DNA of 64,000 nt from positions 13,205,700-13,269,699 of the forward strand of contig CM119266.1 in the NCBI GenBank assembly GCA_051294375.1, read 5' to 3'. Positions 25,889 through 38,593 of this stretch are shown piece by piece (the first letter of the stretch is position 1; every line of letters begins with the position of its first letter). Below the pieces are notes generated by a model, which was given only the letters and a program-made list of their open reading frames with translations, did not search any database and had not been told where the DNA came from. The position numbers and the translations under genes were made by a program. Source of the DNA: Paraspadella gotoi. Its lineage: Eukaryota; Animalia; Chaetognatha.

Positions 25889-26447
25889 ATGCTTACTTTT
25901 AGTGTTGTTTAAAAAAAATAGTATTCATCCAAAAACTTTTGAGTTTGAATATAAAAACTAAAATGGTTCAAAAGATTGAAGTAACAGTAACATTTCCGGC
26001 GAGGTTGAAGAGGAGAAGAAATGACGCTGGCATTGGCAGGTCTTGGCGGCCGGCCGCGGCCCTGGCGGCGGCGGCAGCGGCGAGCGAGGGGGTCGAAAGT
26101 GACCTGTTTCTCCTTCTCGGCGGCGGCTTTTGAGAAAGCGCAATTTGTCCGTCATCTTCTGGCGCCCGACGGCATCGTCGTCATCGTCGTCGTCGTCGAA
26201 GCGTTTGACGAATCCGCGGTAATGGAGTGTGAAGCCAGAAGGAGAGACGGAAGGAGAGAAGGCCGAAGAGAATGATGCCATCTCAGAATCGATGGCTTCG
26301 TCGCCGCGGGGGCTTTTGTCTTGTGTTGTTCATTCCTTTCTAGAATGATTCTAACTTATTAGTTTAATAAATTATCTCGCTTCTCTCTGACAATNNNNNN
26401 NNNNGCGATTCTTCAGTCGCTCTACGTAAACAACATGTCCAGATTAA

Positions 26448-26514
<67 letters not shown>

Positions 26515-27976
26515 AAATAATAATTTTATTTCATAAGCTTCCCCGAATTTCTTCTTCGCGCCCCACATTACATTTTTTTTTTCGTAATAACTTTGGAAAA
26601 ATATGATAGAGCAATATTTATTTTGCTGGTTCGATAAACTCGAAAATTCGAGACTCTAGCCCACGAATTTAACATTTTTTTTTTTTTGGTTCTAATGTTT
26701 ATCTTTCTTCGTCAATCGACGTGTTATATAGCGGGATAAACGTCCGCTCGGAAGCCTTGAATCAACAAAAATCGTTTGGCTTATCTGGGGAGATGACGAC
26801 GACGAAGACGACGACGATAACAATCACGAATACGATTAGTGACTCGGCAATTCCGGCCAGGACCGCAACCATCTTCCCCAAGACGATTTCGTTCCCCGGA
26901 GAAGCTCGATCCCCGGGCGATGCCCTCGCGATCCCCCGGTCTCCCTTCCCTGGTCGAGTTGAAAGGTGGCGACCATCTTGAAGATGATTAACGAGGCGCT
27001 GGGGGGATGATGACGATGATGAAGATGAATTGATGATGACGCAGCGATAAAATCGATGTGAAATGTGAACTCCTGGCGCATATGGGGTCTTCATGCAGAT
27101 AGGATGACCGTTAATAACTTGACTGAACGTTTCTCAGTTCTTTCCCCCCCCCCCTTAAATTATCTAAAACTCGAAAGCTAAAAAATAACCGACCGACCGA
27201 CCGACCGACCGACCAAGAACCTTTTTTAGAAACCGCATCTAAAAGATCCGTCTCGCGCACATGTGCGCCGCTCGAATTTCTCAAAGAAGTCGAAGGCGTC
27301 CGAGAGAAAAATCTGCGGGTGCTAACTTCAGCGAGAATTTTTTTTCGTGGTATAAAAAACACGAGATTCACCCGAAGTTCACAAACACAAAATCTACACT
27401 CGCGTTCACCTCAATTATGCGTCATTTCGTCCTCCCGAGGAGCGACAAAGCCGACGAGGACGCCCGACAATGACGACGACAATGACGACGACAATGACGA
27501 CGACGGAGCCGAACGACGTTCTCCCTTTTTCGTAGCACCTGCTTCAGGTTGCGACTGGGAGGCGAAAGAGGAGAATGATTGGAGAGATGGTGCTGGAGTA
27601 AAAGGAAGAGGAAGAGGAGAAGGAGGAGGAGGAAGAGGGGGCAGGAGGAGGGGTCGGCGGCTCAACTCCGAAGATCAAAAAACCTTCGCCGATGTCGAAA
27701 TGATTCTCGATGAAAAATGAATATTTTTAACGACGAAAGAAAAAACAATCTTTCTTTTCTTTTTTTTTCTCTATTTTTTTATTTTCTCAAAACGTGGGGA
27801 TGGCATGGCGTCGTGTTTTTAGAGTCGGCGGCGGCGGCAACCGGCGGCGGCGGCGCGGCTAAGAGTTTCATCGCCGCCTGCTCGCCCGGCCGCCAGAGAC
27901 TTTGTCGAAATGTTTATTCAGGATGGCGTTACATCGCCGAGATTTACACCTACTTTTCTTTTCCGCGAACTCTCTC

Positions 27977-28046
<70 letters not shown>

Positions 28047-28883
28047 CTCTCTCTCTCTCTCGTTTTTATCGGCTTTATACAAACAAGACTTCTCTTCAGA
28101 TTATTTCTCATTTCACGTCAGCCACTTTTTTTTCTCTCTCTCTGTGAGGATTTTTCACGGATTTTTTTCGAGGGATAATCGTCGTGTCATTTGTCTTTGA
28201 GCTTTGTAACCGTTAAGCCTCACCTCCTCGTTCTCCTCCTCGTTCTCCTCCTCGTTCTCCTCTCCCCTCTCTTCCTCCTTCTCCTCCTCTTCCTCCTTCC
28301 ATGGTTCCATAACGTCGAGACCGTCGGCAAAACTTCAAAGATCAAAGGAAAAAAGATTCCCTTAAGACGGACCGATAGAGTAATTGTTTTTTTTTCAATG
28401 CTCTCTTTCTTTCTTTTTTTTATCTTTCTTTTTTTTATTTTCCGTTTTTTCTTTCTCTTTCCTCTTTGCCGTCCTTTTTCTTTTCTTTGTTTCCTGCTTT
28501 CTTTTTTCTTCTTTCTTTTTTTTTATTTTAAAATATCGCCTCGGGTCAGGATCGACTCGGTTTTTTTTTTCCTAAACAAATTTGAAACTTTCTCCTCTTT
28601 AGAAAACAAAACATTGGAAAATGGGACCCGAACGAATTCGAAGTTGGATTCACCACGTGACGGAATCCCTGGCGATGTGAAGTGAAGAGGTTTGGGAGGC
28701 CGTTAACGTGAAATGCTTTCACAGCGGAAAGGGGAGAAAAAATAGCTAAAACAATTTTTTTTTGAAATTTCCTAACATGTGAAAATTAAGAGGAAGTAAA
28801 GAAAAAAAGAAAAAAAAAGAAAGAAATAAAAAAGGGATATTAAAGAAAGAAAAGATAAGACACAAGACAAGAAAAAAGAAGAT

Positions 28884-28915
<32 letters not shown>

Positions 28916-29083
28916 AAAGAAAGAAAAGAGAAAGAAAAGAAAGAAAGAAAAGAAAGAAAAGAAATAGAAATAGAAATAGAAAGAGAAAAGAAGAAAAAAA
29001 AGGCCGAAACAAAGAAAGAAAGGCGATTGGATGGAAGAAGAGCATCGATAATTGCCAGAAGGCAGAAGAGAGAGAGAAAGAGA

Positions 29084-29138
<55 letters not shown>

Positions 29139-29816
29139 GAGGAGACGAGTGATGAGAAGATGAGAGAGAGAGAGACTGAAGGAGTGGGAGGAAGGTCCCT
29201 AATTAAACAAAACTCTATTTGTGTCCCGAATATGCAAATTGCTTTTAGAGTAAATAATTCGAGCGATTTTTTCGTGTAGACTATTTCGTCGGATTCGGAG
29301 AAGATGAAAGAGAATTTTTCTTTTTTATTTTCTTTTTTTTTTACTCCAAAAGAGAGCAACTTTCTTTTTATTTTTTATTTTTTCTTTTGCTTTTCATTTC
29401 ATTTTTTTTTTTGGAGGGGGCTGGCGCTTGTTCAGTGGAGCGTCAAAATCGGTCGCCAGAGTTAAATTGCTGGAAGCGATCCCATGTACGAGTATTTTTT
29501 GGACAATCATGACGAACATAAACATTTTTTTAAAAATTCGATATTTTGGTAATTTGATTTATTGGTGAGGACGTTGCCAGTCAAATTTAAAAAAAAACAA
29601 AACTTGATTTTATTTTAAAATTTGGCAAAGTCGCCCTCACATGACTTTGAAAGTTTTTCATAATATGAACTGCGACCCACAATATTACGCCGTTCAAAGT
29701 GCCAGACTTCGTAAACATTCATATTTTCAAATATATGCCGATTATGAAACTTTAATGAAAAAAGTTTTACTTTTTCTTTAAGAACCATTCTAGGTAAAAC
29801 GATAAGCTAACCATGG

Positions 29817-29888
29817 GCGTCAGTGGTGTAATGGTTAGCATAGTTGCCTTCCAAGCAGTTGATCGGGGTTCGATTCCCCGCTGACGCA
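29817..29888 (+). tRNA. tRNA-Gly(TCC)
   Basis: Identical to the 25529 copy, with unrelated flanks, followed by ttttt. Confidence 0.97.
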
Positions 29889-30114
29889 CTTTTTGAATTA
29901 CCATAACGAAAAATTAGCCCCGCTTTTTTTTTTCATCAATTCTATCCAAAATCTTTCACAGAAAGCAGATTTGAAGAAAATGTGTTCTATTAAAAATACA
30001 TACAAAATAAAATAGACTTTTTTCTTCTTCCTTTTTTTCCCTTTCATCCCTCAAAAAAAAAAAGAAAAAAAAAAGGGAAAAGACAAACACGTTCCAGTTT
30101 TCGAATTTTCTTAG

Positions 30115-30488
30115 GAGGTTAAAAAACTTTTGACAAGAGATACGCTTGTTCTGTTCTGTTCCAGATTCGACGTAACGATAGAAATTGAAAACGGGAAACG
30201 GGGATTCAGATGGGGGGGAGGTTGAGGGCCGTGGGGGTGAGTGCTGGGGGCGTTAGTGAGGGGTGAGGGGCGAACTTAGAGGGGAAAGAGATGTTCTGGG
30301 AAAAAGAAAATCCTTCGGGGAAAAAGGAGAGGGAAAAATGAAGGATCAAGAGTTGGAGAGATTTTCGGCGACAAAAATAAGCAAAAACACAAGACAAGGA
30401 ATGATTTATTAAACGGGGTCAACCGAGGTCGAAGTCACATATGAATTAGTATTTTATGTTTTTTAATTTTCGCAGTAGGCTATATTTA
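30115..30488. repeat. Inverted duplicate of 41290-41668, ending at a 25-N gap
   Basis: gaggttaaaaaacttttgacaagag...cgcagtaggcta is the reverse complement of tagcctactgcg...ctcttgtcaaaagttttttaacctc. Confidence 0.9.
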
Positions 30489-30513
30489 NNNNNNNNNNNN
30501 NNNNNNNNNNNNN

Positions 30514-30655
30514 TCAGGGGAGGAAGTTTAGGATGGAAAGATGGAATGGAAATGGAATGAAATAAAAAAAAAGAAAAGAAAAGAGAGAAAGAAATAAAGG
30601 AAAGAAAGGAAAGAAAGAAAGAAAGAAAGAAAGAAAAAGAGAAAGAAGAAAGAAG

Positions 30656-30690
<35 letters not shown>

Positions 30691-32315
30691 GAAAGAAAAG
30701 AAAGAAAAGAAAGAAAGAAAAGAAAAAAAAAGAAAATTATTCAAGAACGGACGAATAAAATTTCTCTTTTTGTTTTTTCTTCGTGTTTTTTTTTTTTAAA
30801 TTGGGTGAAAAGGGTTTAACCATTCGAGGGAAGGAAAAAACAATTTGGATATCGGCCCGGGAGGAGGCGAGAGGGAAAGATAGATCCCTCTCTCTCTCTC
30901 TCTCTCTCTCTCTCCCTTCTCTCTCTCTCCTCTCTCTCTCGTCTCTCTCTCTCTCGTATGCTCTCTCAATCGTTACCGAAAATTCCATCGAGAGATCTTA
31001 GATTTTCCATGTCGATAAAATGAGAATTAATTGACTCAAAAATCGCTGCTTAGCTTTTTTTGTTTTCTGCTCGAACGAGAACGAGTCATCAAAAACAAAA
31101 GGGAAAACGATTTTTTCCGTCTCATTTTTTCGTCCTCTTTAGTATTTATTTTTTACGCCTAGTCTAGTTTAATGTTTTAGTTTTATAGTGCTTAAACAAT
31201 GTTAAGTCGAATGCGTTAAAATTTAGATGAAACTTTTTTGTCATTCTAGCTTAGAAGCGCGATTATTATTATGAGTTGCTTATTATTTCTTCGCTTAGCA
31301 CCAGTTATCAGCACTTGTAGATATGACATATTCTCTATATGTTTTCGTTGTTTTTTAATGTTTTTATTCGTGCCTCCTCTTGTTCATACTTCTACCTCCA
31401 AACTCGCGTCTTGGTTTCTAGTTTCACATCCACGCATTGCTTGCTTCTCCGTGCGCCCCAAACAAACACAGGAAGGTAACACTTGAGGTAGTTCCTGGTT
31501 CGCTCGGCACAAAGAGCTCAGCGATGCTCCAATTTCGTCTATAAGCACCACATTTTCTGTGCATTTGCGGACAACTTCCTGCCTGACGACGCACATTATT
31601 CTCCACAGACGAAGGTTTACCCGCGCACGGGACATCTTTATAAACTAGTTTCCAAATGCTAATTTTTATTTAGAATTTCACTCTGCTTCCTCTCTTTCTT
31701 TTAAGAGCTATGTATTTATATTATATGGGGTTTTCTCTAGTCTGCGTGTCACCAAGAATTTCTAACATTTAAATCACTTAACGTGAACAATCTCTAAAAA
31801 AAAGTTGATGAGAACGAATCAGCTATGTTTAATATCTGGAATTGTTGAATACATTATCGTAATAGAAAATAAATTTTACTAATAAATTTTATTATCGTAA
31901 TGTCTGACGTCCAGTTAAGGTCCTACGTAGGCTCAGACTAAGAATTTACTACAGTTTCATGCTAAAACCGAAATAAAATGTTTGTTAAATTTCAAAACAG
32001 TTTTTTCTAAATTTTTTTTGCAGATTTGGATTCGTCATAAAAAGTTGATCGAAGAAATATACTCTTTTTGAAAATTCCTTCTATTAAGTGGGTCAAAATT
32101 AGAAAAGCTATATTTTAAGCTGAAAATTAAATTTTATATATATTAAATATAGTTTTTTTTTAATTTTTAACCGCACTTTAATGAAGAATTTTTAAAATGA
32201 TTTATATTTTCTTTTATCAAGCTTATTGAGCGAGGAATTCAAATTGCCAATGAAAATTTAATAAAAAGCCATATTTGAAAATATTTCGATTTTATAGAGG
32301 ATAGTATATATTTAT
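30514..32315. repeat. Noisy direct duplicate of ~39750-41290; 32320-32625 is a third, inverted partial copy
   Basis: Shared anchors ttattcaagaacggacga, cgaacgagaacgagtcatcaaaa and ttctccgtgcgccc. The reverse complements of the first anchors recur at 32330-32600. Confidence 0.9.
31990..32280. mobile_element. Palindromic (foldback) MITE-like element with ~130-bp imperfect arms
   Basis: tttcaaa...gcagatttggattcgtc...aagtgggtcaaaatt...ctatattt pairs with aaatatag...ttttaaccgcactt...gaattcaaattgc...tttgaaa. No coding capacity; TSD not resolved. Confidence 0.65.
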
Positions 32316-32487
32316 AGAATAGAGAAGAGGGATCTATCTTTCCCTCTCCGCCTCCTCCCGGGCGATATCCAAATTGTTTTTCTTCCCTCGAATGTTTAAC
32401 CCCTTTTCACCCAATTTAAAAAAAAAAACAGGAATGAAAAAACAAAAAGAAGAAATTTTATCGTCCGTTCTTGAATAATTTTCTTTT

Positions 32488-32530
<43 letters not shown>

Positions 32531-32995
32531 CTCTTTTTTCTTTCTTTTTTTTTCATTCATTCATTCATTCCATCTTTCCACCCTAAACTTCCTCCCCGAA
32601 ATCGTCGTCCAAACGTCAATAAATAACAATATAATAATAACCGAGTAATAAATAATCGATTTTNNNNNNNNNNNNNNNNNNNNNNNNNNNNNNNNNNNNN
32701 NNNNNNNNNNNNNNNNNNNNNNNNNNNNNNNNNNNNNNNNNNNNNNNNNNNNNNNNNNNNNNNNNNNNNNNNNNNNNNNNNNNNNNNNNNNNNNNNNNNN
32801 NNNNNNNNNNNNNNNNNNNNNNNNNNNNNNNNNNNNNNNNNNNNNNNNNNNNNNNNNNNNNNNNNNNNNNNNNNNNNNNNNNNNNNNNNNNNNNNNNNNN
32901 NNNNNNNNNNNNNNNNNNNNNNNNNNNNNNNNNNNNNNNNNNNNNNNNNNNNNNNNNNNNNNNNNNNNNNNNNNNNNNNNNNNNNNNNNNNNNNN

Positions 32996-34023
32996 NATTT
33001 TTTTTAAGGATTGGAAGGAGGGGGGTGGACCAGTGGAGGGGGGGCGGTGGTTAAAAATGGGGTTAAAAAGGGTTCAACACTGCTTTCCTTCTTCCTTCTT
33101 TTTTCTTTCTTTCTCTTTTTTAAAGAGTTGTTTTTGTTGGAGTCTTAATTTGGTTTCACAATGGTTTATTTCTTTTCGGTTGTCGGCGTGCATGTTGGAC
33201 TCTTAGCCGCTATGTCGTATTTTAGTCTTAGCCTAATTAACATTCATTATTTTCTAGTTACAGTCCTCTCACAATCTCCTATTGAAAACCTCTCGAAATC
33301 ATTTAAAACCAATTAAATACGGAGCAAAATTTTGCTTATTGTATAGCCTAAAATCTATAGTGAGCCACCCTTCATTTCCTTATTCGTTTCCCTTTATCCT
33401 TCTCCTCCTCTTCCTCCGCCTCACCTTCCGAAAATCCCCATTCTATTCCCAACTAATCTCCCTCTACCAGCGGCCCTCCCGTCCAACGCCTCGTCGACGT
33501 CCGACAAAACGTAAAACAACAACGACGACGACCACAACAATCATCGTACATCGGGATGAACAACATCACGACGACAGATTCTGTCAAAACAACGAGCGAC
33601 GGCCGATTCCGTGATCGACGCACCNNNNNNNNNNNNNNNNNNNNNNNNNNNNNNNNNNNNNNNNNNNNNNNNNNNNNNNNNNNNNNNNNNNNNNNNNNNN
33701 NNNNNNNNNNNNNNNNNNNNNNNNNNNNNNNNNNNNNNNNNNNNNNNNNNNNNNNNNNNNNNNNNNNNNNNNNNNNNNNNNNNNNNNNNNNNNNNNNNNN
33801 NNNNNNNNTCTCTCTCTCTCTCTCTCTCTCTCTCATTCCTTTCCAATCGAGGTGAGTCAGGAATGAGCCGAACCCATCTTCATTCTCCATCGACGAGGTT
33901 CGCCTGTTTGGCCAAGGATCCTCCGAAGCCTCGGGATTTCTATCTCCGCGGGCAGCCACCGCTCCAGCGGCGCGGACGGGGGAGTTGGAAGGATTTAAGG
34001 GGAGGGTGAGGGAGAGCGAGAAA
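32996..34023. repeat. Inverted duplicate of ~34790-35905, bounded by gaps
   Basis: ttttaaggattggaaggaggggg and ccaaggatcctccgaagcctcggg have reverse complements at ~35880-35900 and ~34880-34910. Confidence 0.9.
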
Positions 34024-36019
34024 NNNNNNNNNNNNNNNNNNNNNNNNNCGAGCAAGAAGTAAAGCATGAATTTCTAATTCTTTTCCCCGGTTCTACTGTT
34101 CCCGAAATAAGCAATTCTCGTTTCTGAGTGAAGAGAGAGAGGAGGAGAAGAGACGAGAGCAGAGAGCATGAGAAGAGAGAAGAACAGAAAACGCCGAGAG
34201 AAAGTGTGAAAGGAAGACCCCGCGAATAAGTTGAGACAAAGTTCACAGACTCAATTGACAGAAATACACGAAAACTGGAATCCCACGGCCAGGCAGAGTC
34301 CGAAGCGTGGGGCGATGGTCAGTAGAAACAAGAAACACTCGACAATTTTCTTCTTTCAAAACCTTCCCGCGACATACAACGGTCGTACGAAATCGAGACG
34401 AGCCTTGGATATTTACCTCTATCTATCTTTTCTCTCTCTCCTCTCTCATCTCCTCTCTCTCTCTCTCTCATCACCTCCTCTCTCTCTCGTTCTCGAAGCT
34501 CTCCGTCTCCTCTCTCTCTTCTCTCCTCTCTCTCTCACCATTTCTCTCTCTCTCTTCTCCTCTCTCTCCTCTCTCCTCCTCTCTCCTCTCTCTCTTCTCT
34601 CTCTCTCTCTCTCTCTCTCTCCACACTCTTTCTCGCACTTTCTTCTTCTTTTTGTTTTTTCTTCAAAGTTACAACTTGTCTCTTCTTCCAATTTTTTTCT
34701 TTCTTTCTTCTTTCTTTCTCTTTCCTTTCTTTCTTTCTTCTTCTTTCTTTCTTCTTTCTTTCTTTCTTCTTGTCTTTTCTTTCTTTCTCCGCTCACTCCT
34801 CACCCTCCCTTAATCCTTTCCAACTCCCCGGTTCGCGCCGCCTGAGAGCCGTGGCCTGCCCGCGCGGAGTAGAAAATTCTCCCGAGGCTTCGGAGCGATC
34901 CTTGGCCAAACAGGAACGCGAACCTCGTCGATGGATATATGAGATTCGTAGGTTCGGCTCATATCCTGACTTCACCTCGATTCGTGAACAGCGCAGCTCA
35001 TAGAGAGTGAAGGATCGAGGCAGAAGAGATTGAGATGAGAGACGAGCGACGAGTGAGAGAGAGAATGTACGGACGAACTCGCATACAGAGATCCAGAGAG
35101 AAGAGAGAGAGATGGAGAGAGAAGAGAGACGATGAGAGAGAGAGAGAGAAAGAGAGAGATATGAATTTTGCGTAAAAAGATCTGGTCGATCTCAAAACTC
35201 GACTTGAAGAGGTTGTTCGGCCGCAAAAGGTGCGTCGATCACGGAATGCGCCTGTCGCTCGTTGTTTTTGACAGATCTGTCCGTCGTGATGCTTGTTCAT
35301 CCCTCGATGTACGATGTATTGTTGTGGTCGTCTCGTTGGTGTTTTACGTTTTGTCGGACGTCGACGATGGCGTTGGACGGGGAGGGCCGCTGGCATTAGG
35401 GAGAGATTAGGGATTAGAATAGGGTGGTTTTCGGAAGTGAGGCGGAGTAAGGAGGCCAGACATGAGAAGGATAATAGGGAAACGAATAAAGGAAATGCTA
35501 AGGAGTGGCTCACTATAGATTTTTAGGCATACAATACAGCAAAATTTTGCTCCGATATTAATTGTATCTTAAATTGATTTTCGAGAGCGTTGTGTTCGCA
35601 ATAGGATATTGTGAGAGGACTGTAACTTAGAAAATATATGATAGTTTAATTACGATAGGCCTAAGGACTAAAATACACATACGGCTAAGAGTCCAAACAT
35701 GCACGCCGATCAAACGCAAAAGAAAATAAAACCCATGTGAAAACCAAATTAAGATCCAACAAAAAACAACTCTTCAAAAACAGAGAAAGAAAGAAAAAGA
35801 AGGAAGATAGGAAAGCAGGTGTGTTGACACCTCTTTTAACCCCATTTCTTAACCACCGCCCCCCTCCACTGTCCACCCCCCCTCCTTCCAATCCTTAAAA
35901 AAAATTAGTTCTTCCACGTGAAACATGCGACGCGGAGCCCCTACTCTTGACGTGGTGGTGTTCACGGCCAAGAACAAAAAAACGGCGGCGGCAAGGGGGG
36001 CGGCATGAGAGGAGGGCAC

Positions 36020-36560
36020 TATGAAGCCATACCGTAAGTGGGACAGCAAAAATTTCATACAGCCTTCGCTACCACCTGTAACCACTACACTATGAATAGC
36101 CATAGTAAGGGGACAGCAGGAAAAATTTCATACAGCCTCGCCTACCCCACTTGTAACCACCTACACTCTCTGAAGGCCATTAGTAGGTGGACAGCAGAAA
36201 ATTCATACAGCCTCGCTACCCACCATGTAAACCACTACACTCTGAAGCCATTAGTAAAGGTACCAGCAAGAAAATTTCATACAGCCTCGCTACCCACCTG
36301 TAACCACTACACTCTGAAGCCATCAGTAAGGGTTGAGACAGCTCCTCTCGGAAAATTTCTACAGCCTTCGCACCCACGTAACCACTACACTCTGAAGCCA
36401 TAGTAAGGTGGACAGCCACGAAAAATTTCATACAGCTCGATACCCACCCTGCTAACCACATACACTATGAAGCCATAGTTAGGTTGTACAGCAAAGAAAA
36501 TTTACATCACTCGCTACCCACCTGTAACCACTACATATGAACCTGTAACGTGGACAGCAG
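36020..36560. repeat. ~72-bp minisatellite, about 7.5 copies
   Basis: Unit accactacactctgaagccattagtaaggtggacagcaagaaaatttcatacagcctcgctacccacctgta recurs at ~36081, 36156, 36231, 36303, 36381, 36455 and 36527. Confidence 0.95.
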
Positions 36561-37109
36561 AATTCCGCGCTATATTTTCAACTGCTTAAGCCACCAACCC
36601 ACCCCCCTCCAATAATTTTGTTGTTGATTTTATCTTATTAGCAAAAAGCTTTATCCTTGGAACTTGTTTGATTGAAAAAAGTTAATTGCAGTATACCACT
36701 TCATTTTGCTTTGAATATCTTCAATTTTCTATTAGTGGTTTTTTAATTTAGAATGCCATATCTAATTAAATTTCATCTCTATAATAGTAACAATTTTTTT
36801 TTTATTTTTCATTTCTTAAAAAATATAAACTTAACAATATGGCAACCATTAGAGTATAAATACTCAAAGGTTTTTAAATAATGCAAAATACCACGTCAGA
36901 GAAAATTTTATTTACGAACTTAAAAATTATTAAGAAAGGATAATTACAAAAAAACATTAGACATGAGACTTAGAATAGGCAGGGATTTTTAAATTAACGG
37001 ATTTAACTAAAAAGATTTAATGTAATTTCTCTCGATTCGTTGTTGTTGGTAAGTTTTAGTTACCAACGTTTTTTATTATTCAAAAAACAACGGTCTAAAT
37101 TAAAACAAA

Positions 37110-37165
37110 AATAAACGGATATGTTTCGTCTCTGATGAGAGCCTTCTTCAGCTGCGACAAAATAT
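37110..37165 (-). ncRNA. Degenerate minimal hammerhead ribozyme motif
   Basis: Minus strand CTGAAGA-a-ggctct-catc-agagac-GAAA-CATATC: intact core boxes, one mismatch in stem II, AUC triplet, weak stem I. Confidence 0.55.
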
Positions 37166-37407
37166 TGTTTCTATAAATAGTTTTTCCACAGGAATTTGAA
37201 GAAGAGAGACAGAGAGAGAGAAAGAAGAGAGCAGAGGACAGAGATAAAAGGTTTCAACAAAGAATTTATTTCACTAAAATCGTTTACTTATCTCATCCCT
37301 TGAATATTAACACTCTATTATTTCAAATTCATTCATTTCAATTTTTCAAATTTCAACACATGAATTTATTGCCAATTGAAGAGACATGTAATTATTGATG
37401 AAGTGTT

Positions 37408-37589
37408 ACAATGACAGGAACCCGTGCTCAATATAAGCAGGTCCCTGAGCTTCGGATCAGGCTGTAACACCATGTACAGGCGGATTAAGCGGCCCCGATC
37501 CTCTTAACTGCCAGTACGACCACCGGGTGCTAGAACCCGGACCTTTGGGTTGGAGGCGAATGAACTTGCCTACGGCAACCAATGGCCGC
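37408..37589 (-). mobile_element. tRNA-derived SINE (~180 bp) with a target-site duplication
   Basis: The minus-strand head 37589-37516 folds like a tRNA: GCGGCCA/TGGTCGT acceptor stem, CCGGG-TTCTAGCA-CCCGG T-arm (B-box-like), CTCCAAC anticodon-like loop. A ~105-nt body follows. The flanks are tgatgaagtg (37396) and tgatgaagcg (37590). Confidence 0.75.
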
Positions 37590-38152
37590 TGATGAAGCGG
37601 TTGGAGGTTTTTTAGTCCACTATACAATTTTGTTAGTTAGACATTACAAATAAGTTTGCTTTAATTTTATCATTGTTGTACATTGCTCAAATGTTAATGT
37701 TTATTCTTCTCTCTCTCTCTCCTCCTCTCTCTCTCTCTCTCTGCTCTCTGCAACTTCACCAAATTCATTTCTTTTCACCACTTATTCTATCTAGCCTCAA
37801 CTAAATCTGTCCTTTAAACTGACCACTAATCTCTTCTCAATTCTTTGTTTGGAACTAACCTTCTATCTCTCTCTCTCTCTTTCTCTCTCTCTCCTCTCTC
37901 TCTCTGTACGATCTCTTTTGCTGTTGATCGTTTTTAAAAAAATTTTTGATTATTTTTTCTTTTACACTTTTATTTCGCCATTTATTCCGCGATTTTTTCT
38001 CAATGCCAAAATCCAAATTAACATCCGAGATTTTCGTTGGATTTATACTTTCTTTCTTCTCTCTTTCCAATCTCTCTCTCTCCTCTTTTTCTCTCTCTCT
38101 TTCCACTCATACACGATTTTGCTTGTTTTATTTATGATGATTGATCATTGAG

Positions 38153-38386
38153 TCAATCGAATGACTATCATCTTATCAATAAATGATTGTCATCACATCA
38201 CATGAATGACTATCATTGCAATCAACCTTTGGTTCATTATCACATCAATCATTTGGTAATCATAAAATCTCGATCTTTGGTTATCAATCGCCATCAATTA
38301 GTTGGCTTATCATTCGCATCAATATTCGGTTATATCACCTCCATCAATCTGTGGTTATCATCGCACCAATATTTGGTTATCATTGA
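38153..38386. repeat. Degenerate ~22-bp minisatellite (tcaatctttggttatcatcgca-like), about 10 copies
   Basis: Recurrent catcaat...tggttatcat motif. Confidence 0.8.
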
Positions 38387-38559
38387 GGGAGGCTCGATCC
38401 TATTCTTTTTAAAGATTTTTTTTTCTTCTCCTTTTCTCTTCCTCGCTCTCTCATCTTTTCTCCTCTCTTTCTCTCTTTCTCTCTCTTAATGATTATTTCC
38501 AAATGAGTTTTACCTTCATGCAGAGGCCTTTAAAGTTACGAATCTCTCTCTTCTCTCCG

Positions 38560-38593
<34 letters not shown>

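Larger units (their letters stand above)
37090..37905. mobile_element. Non-coding PLE 3'/pLTR remnant: an inverted hammerhead-bearing end (37090-37265) abutting a sense-orientation body (37266-37905)
   Basis: 37118-37265 parallels 2310-2460 (hammerhead, aatatt, AG tract, gtttcaacaaagaa). 37266-37350 and 37665-37905 parallel the reverse complement of ~520-925 (tttcact..acttatct..tatttcaaat; ttttatc..tgtacattgct; attcttt.tttggaac). Similarity judged by eye. Confidence 0.6.

Noticed and set aside
25958-28350. GC-rich low-complexity exon-like blocks between the tRNA genes, including a TM-like ORF at 26762-27094
   Set aside because: Strand and frame are ambiguous. The hydrophobic stretch is the antisense of a GAC repeat, and no coherent model could be chained.
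25817-29817. Two tRNA genes start exactly 4000 bp apart
   Set aside because: Coincidence: the interval contains an N gap and variable microsatellites.
36020-38386. CRISPR-like appearance of the 72-bp and 22-bp arrays
   Set aside because: The units are contiguous tandem copies with no unique spacers, there are no cas genes, and the context is eukaryotic.
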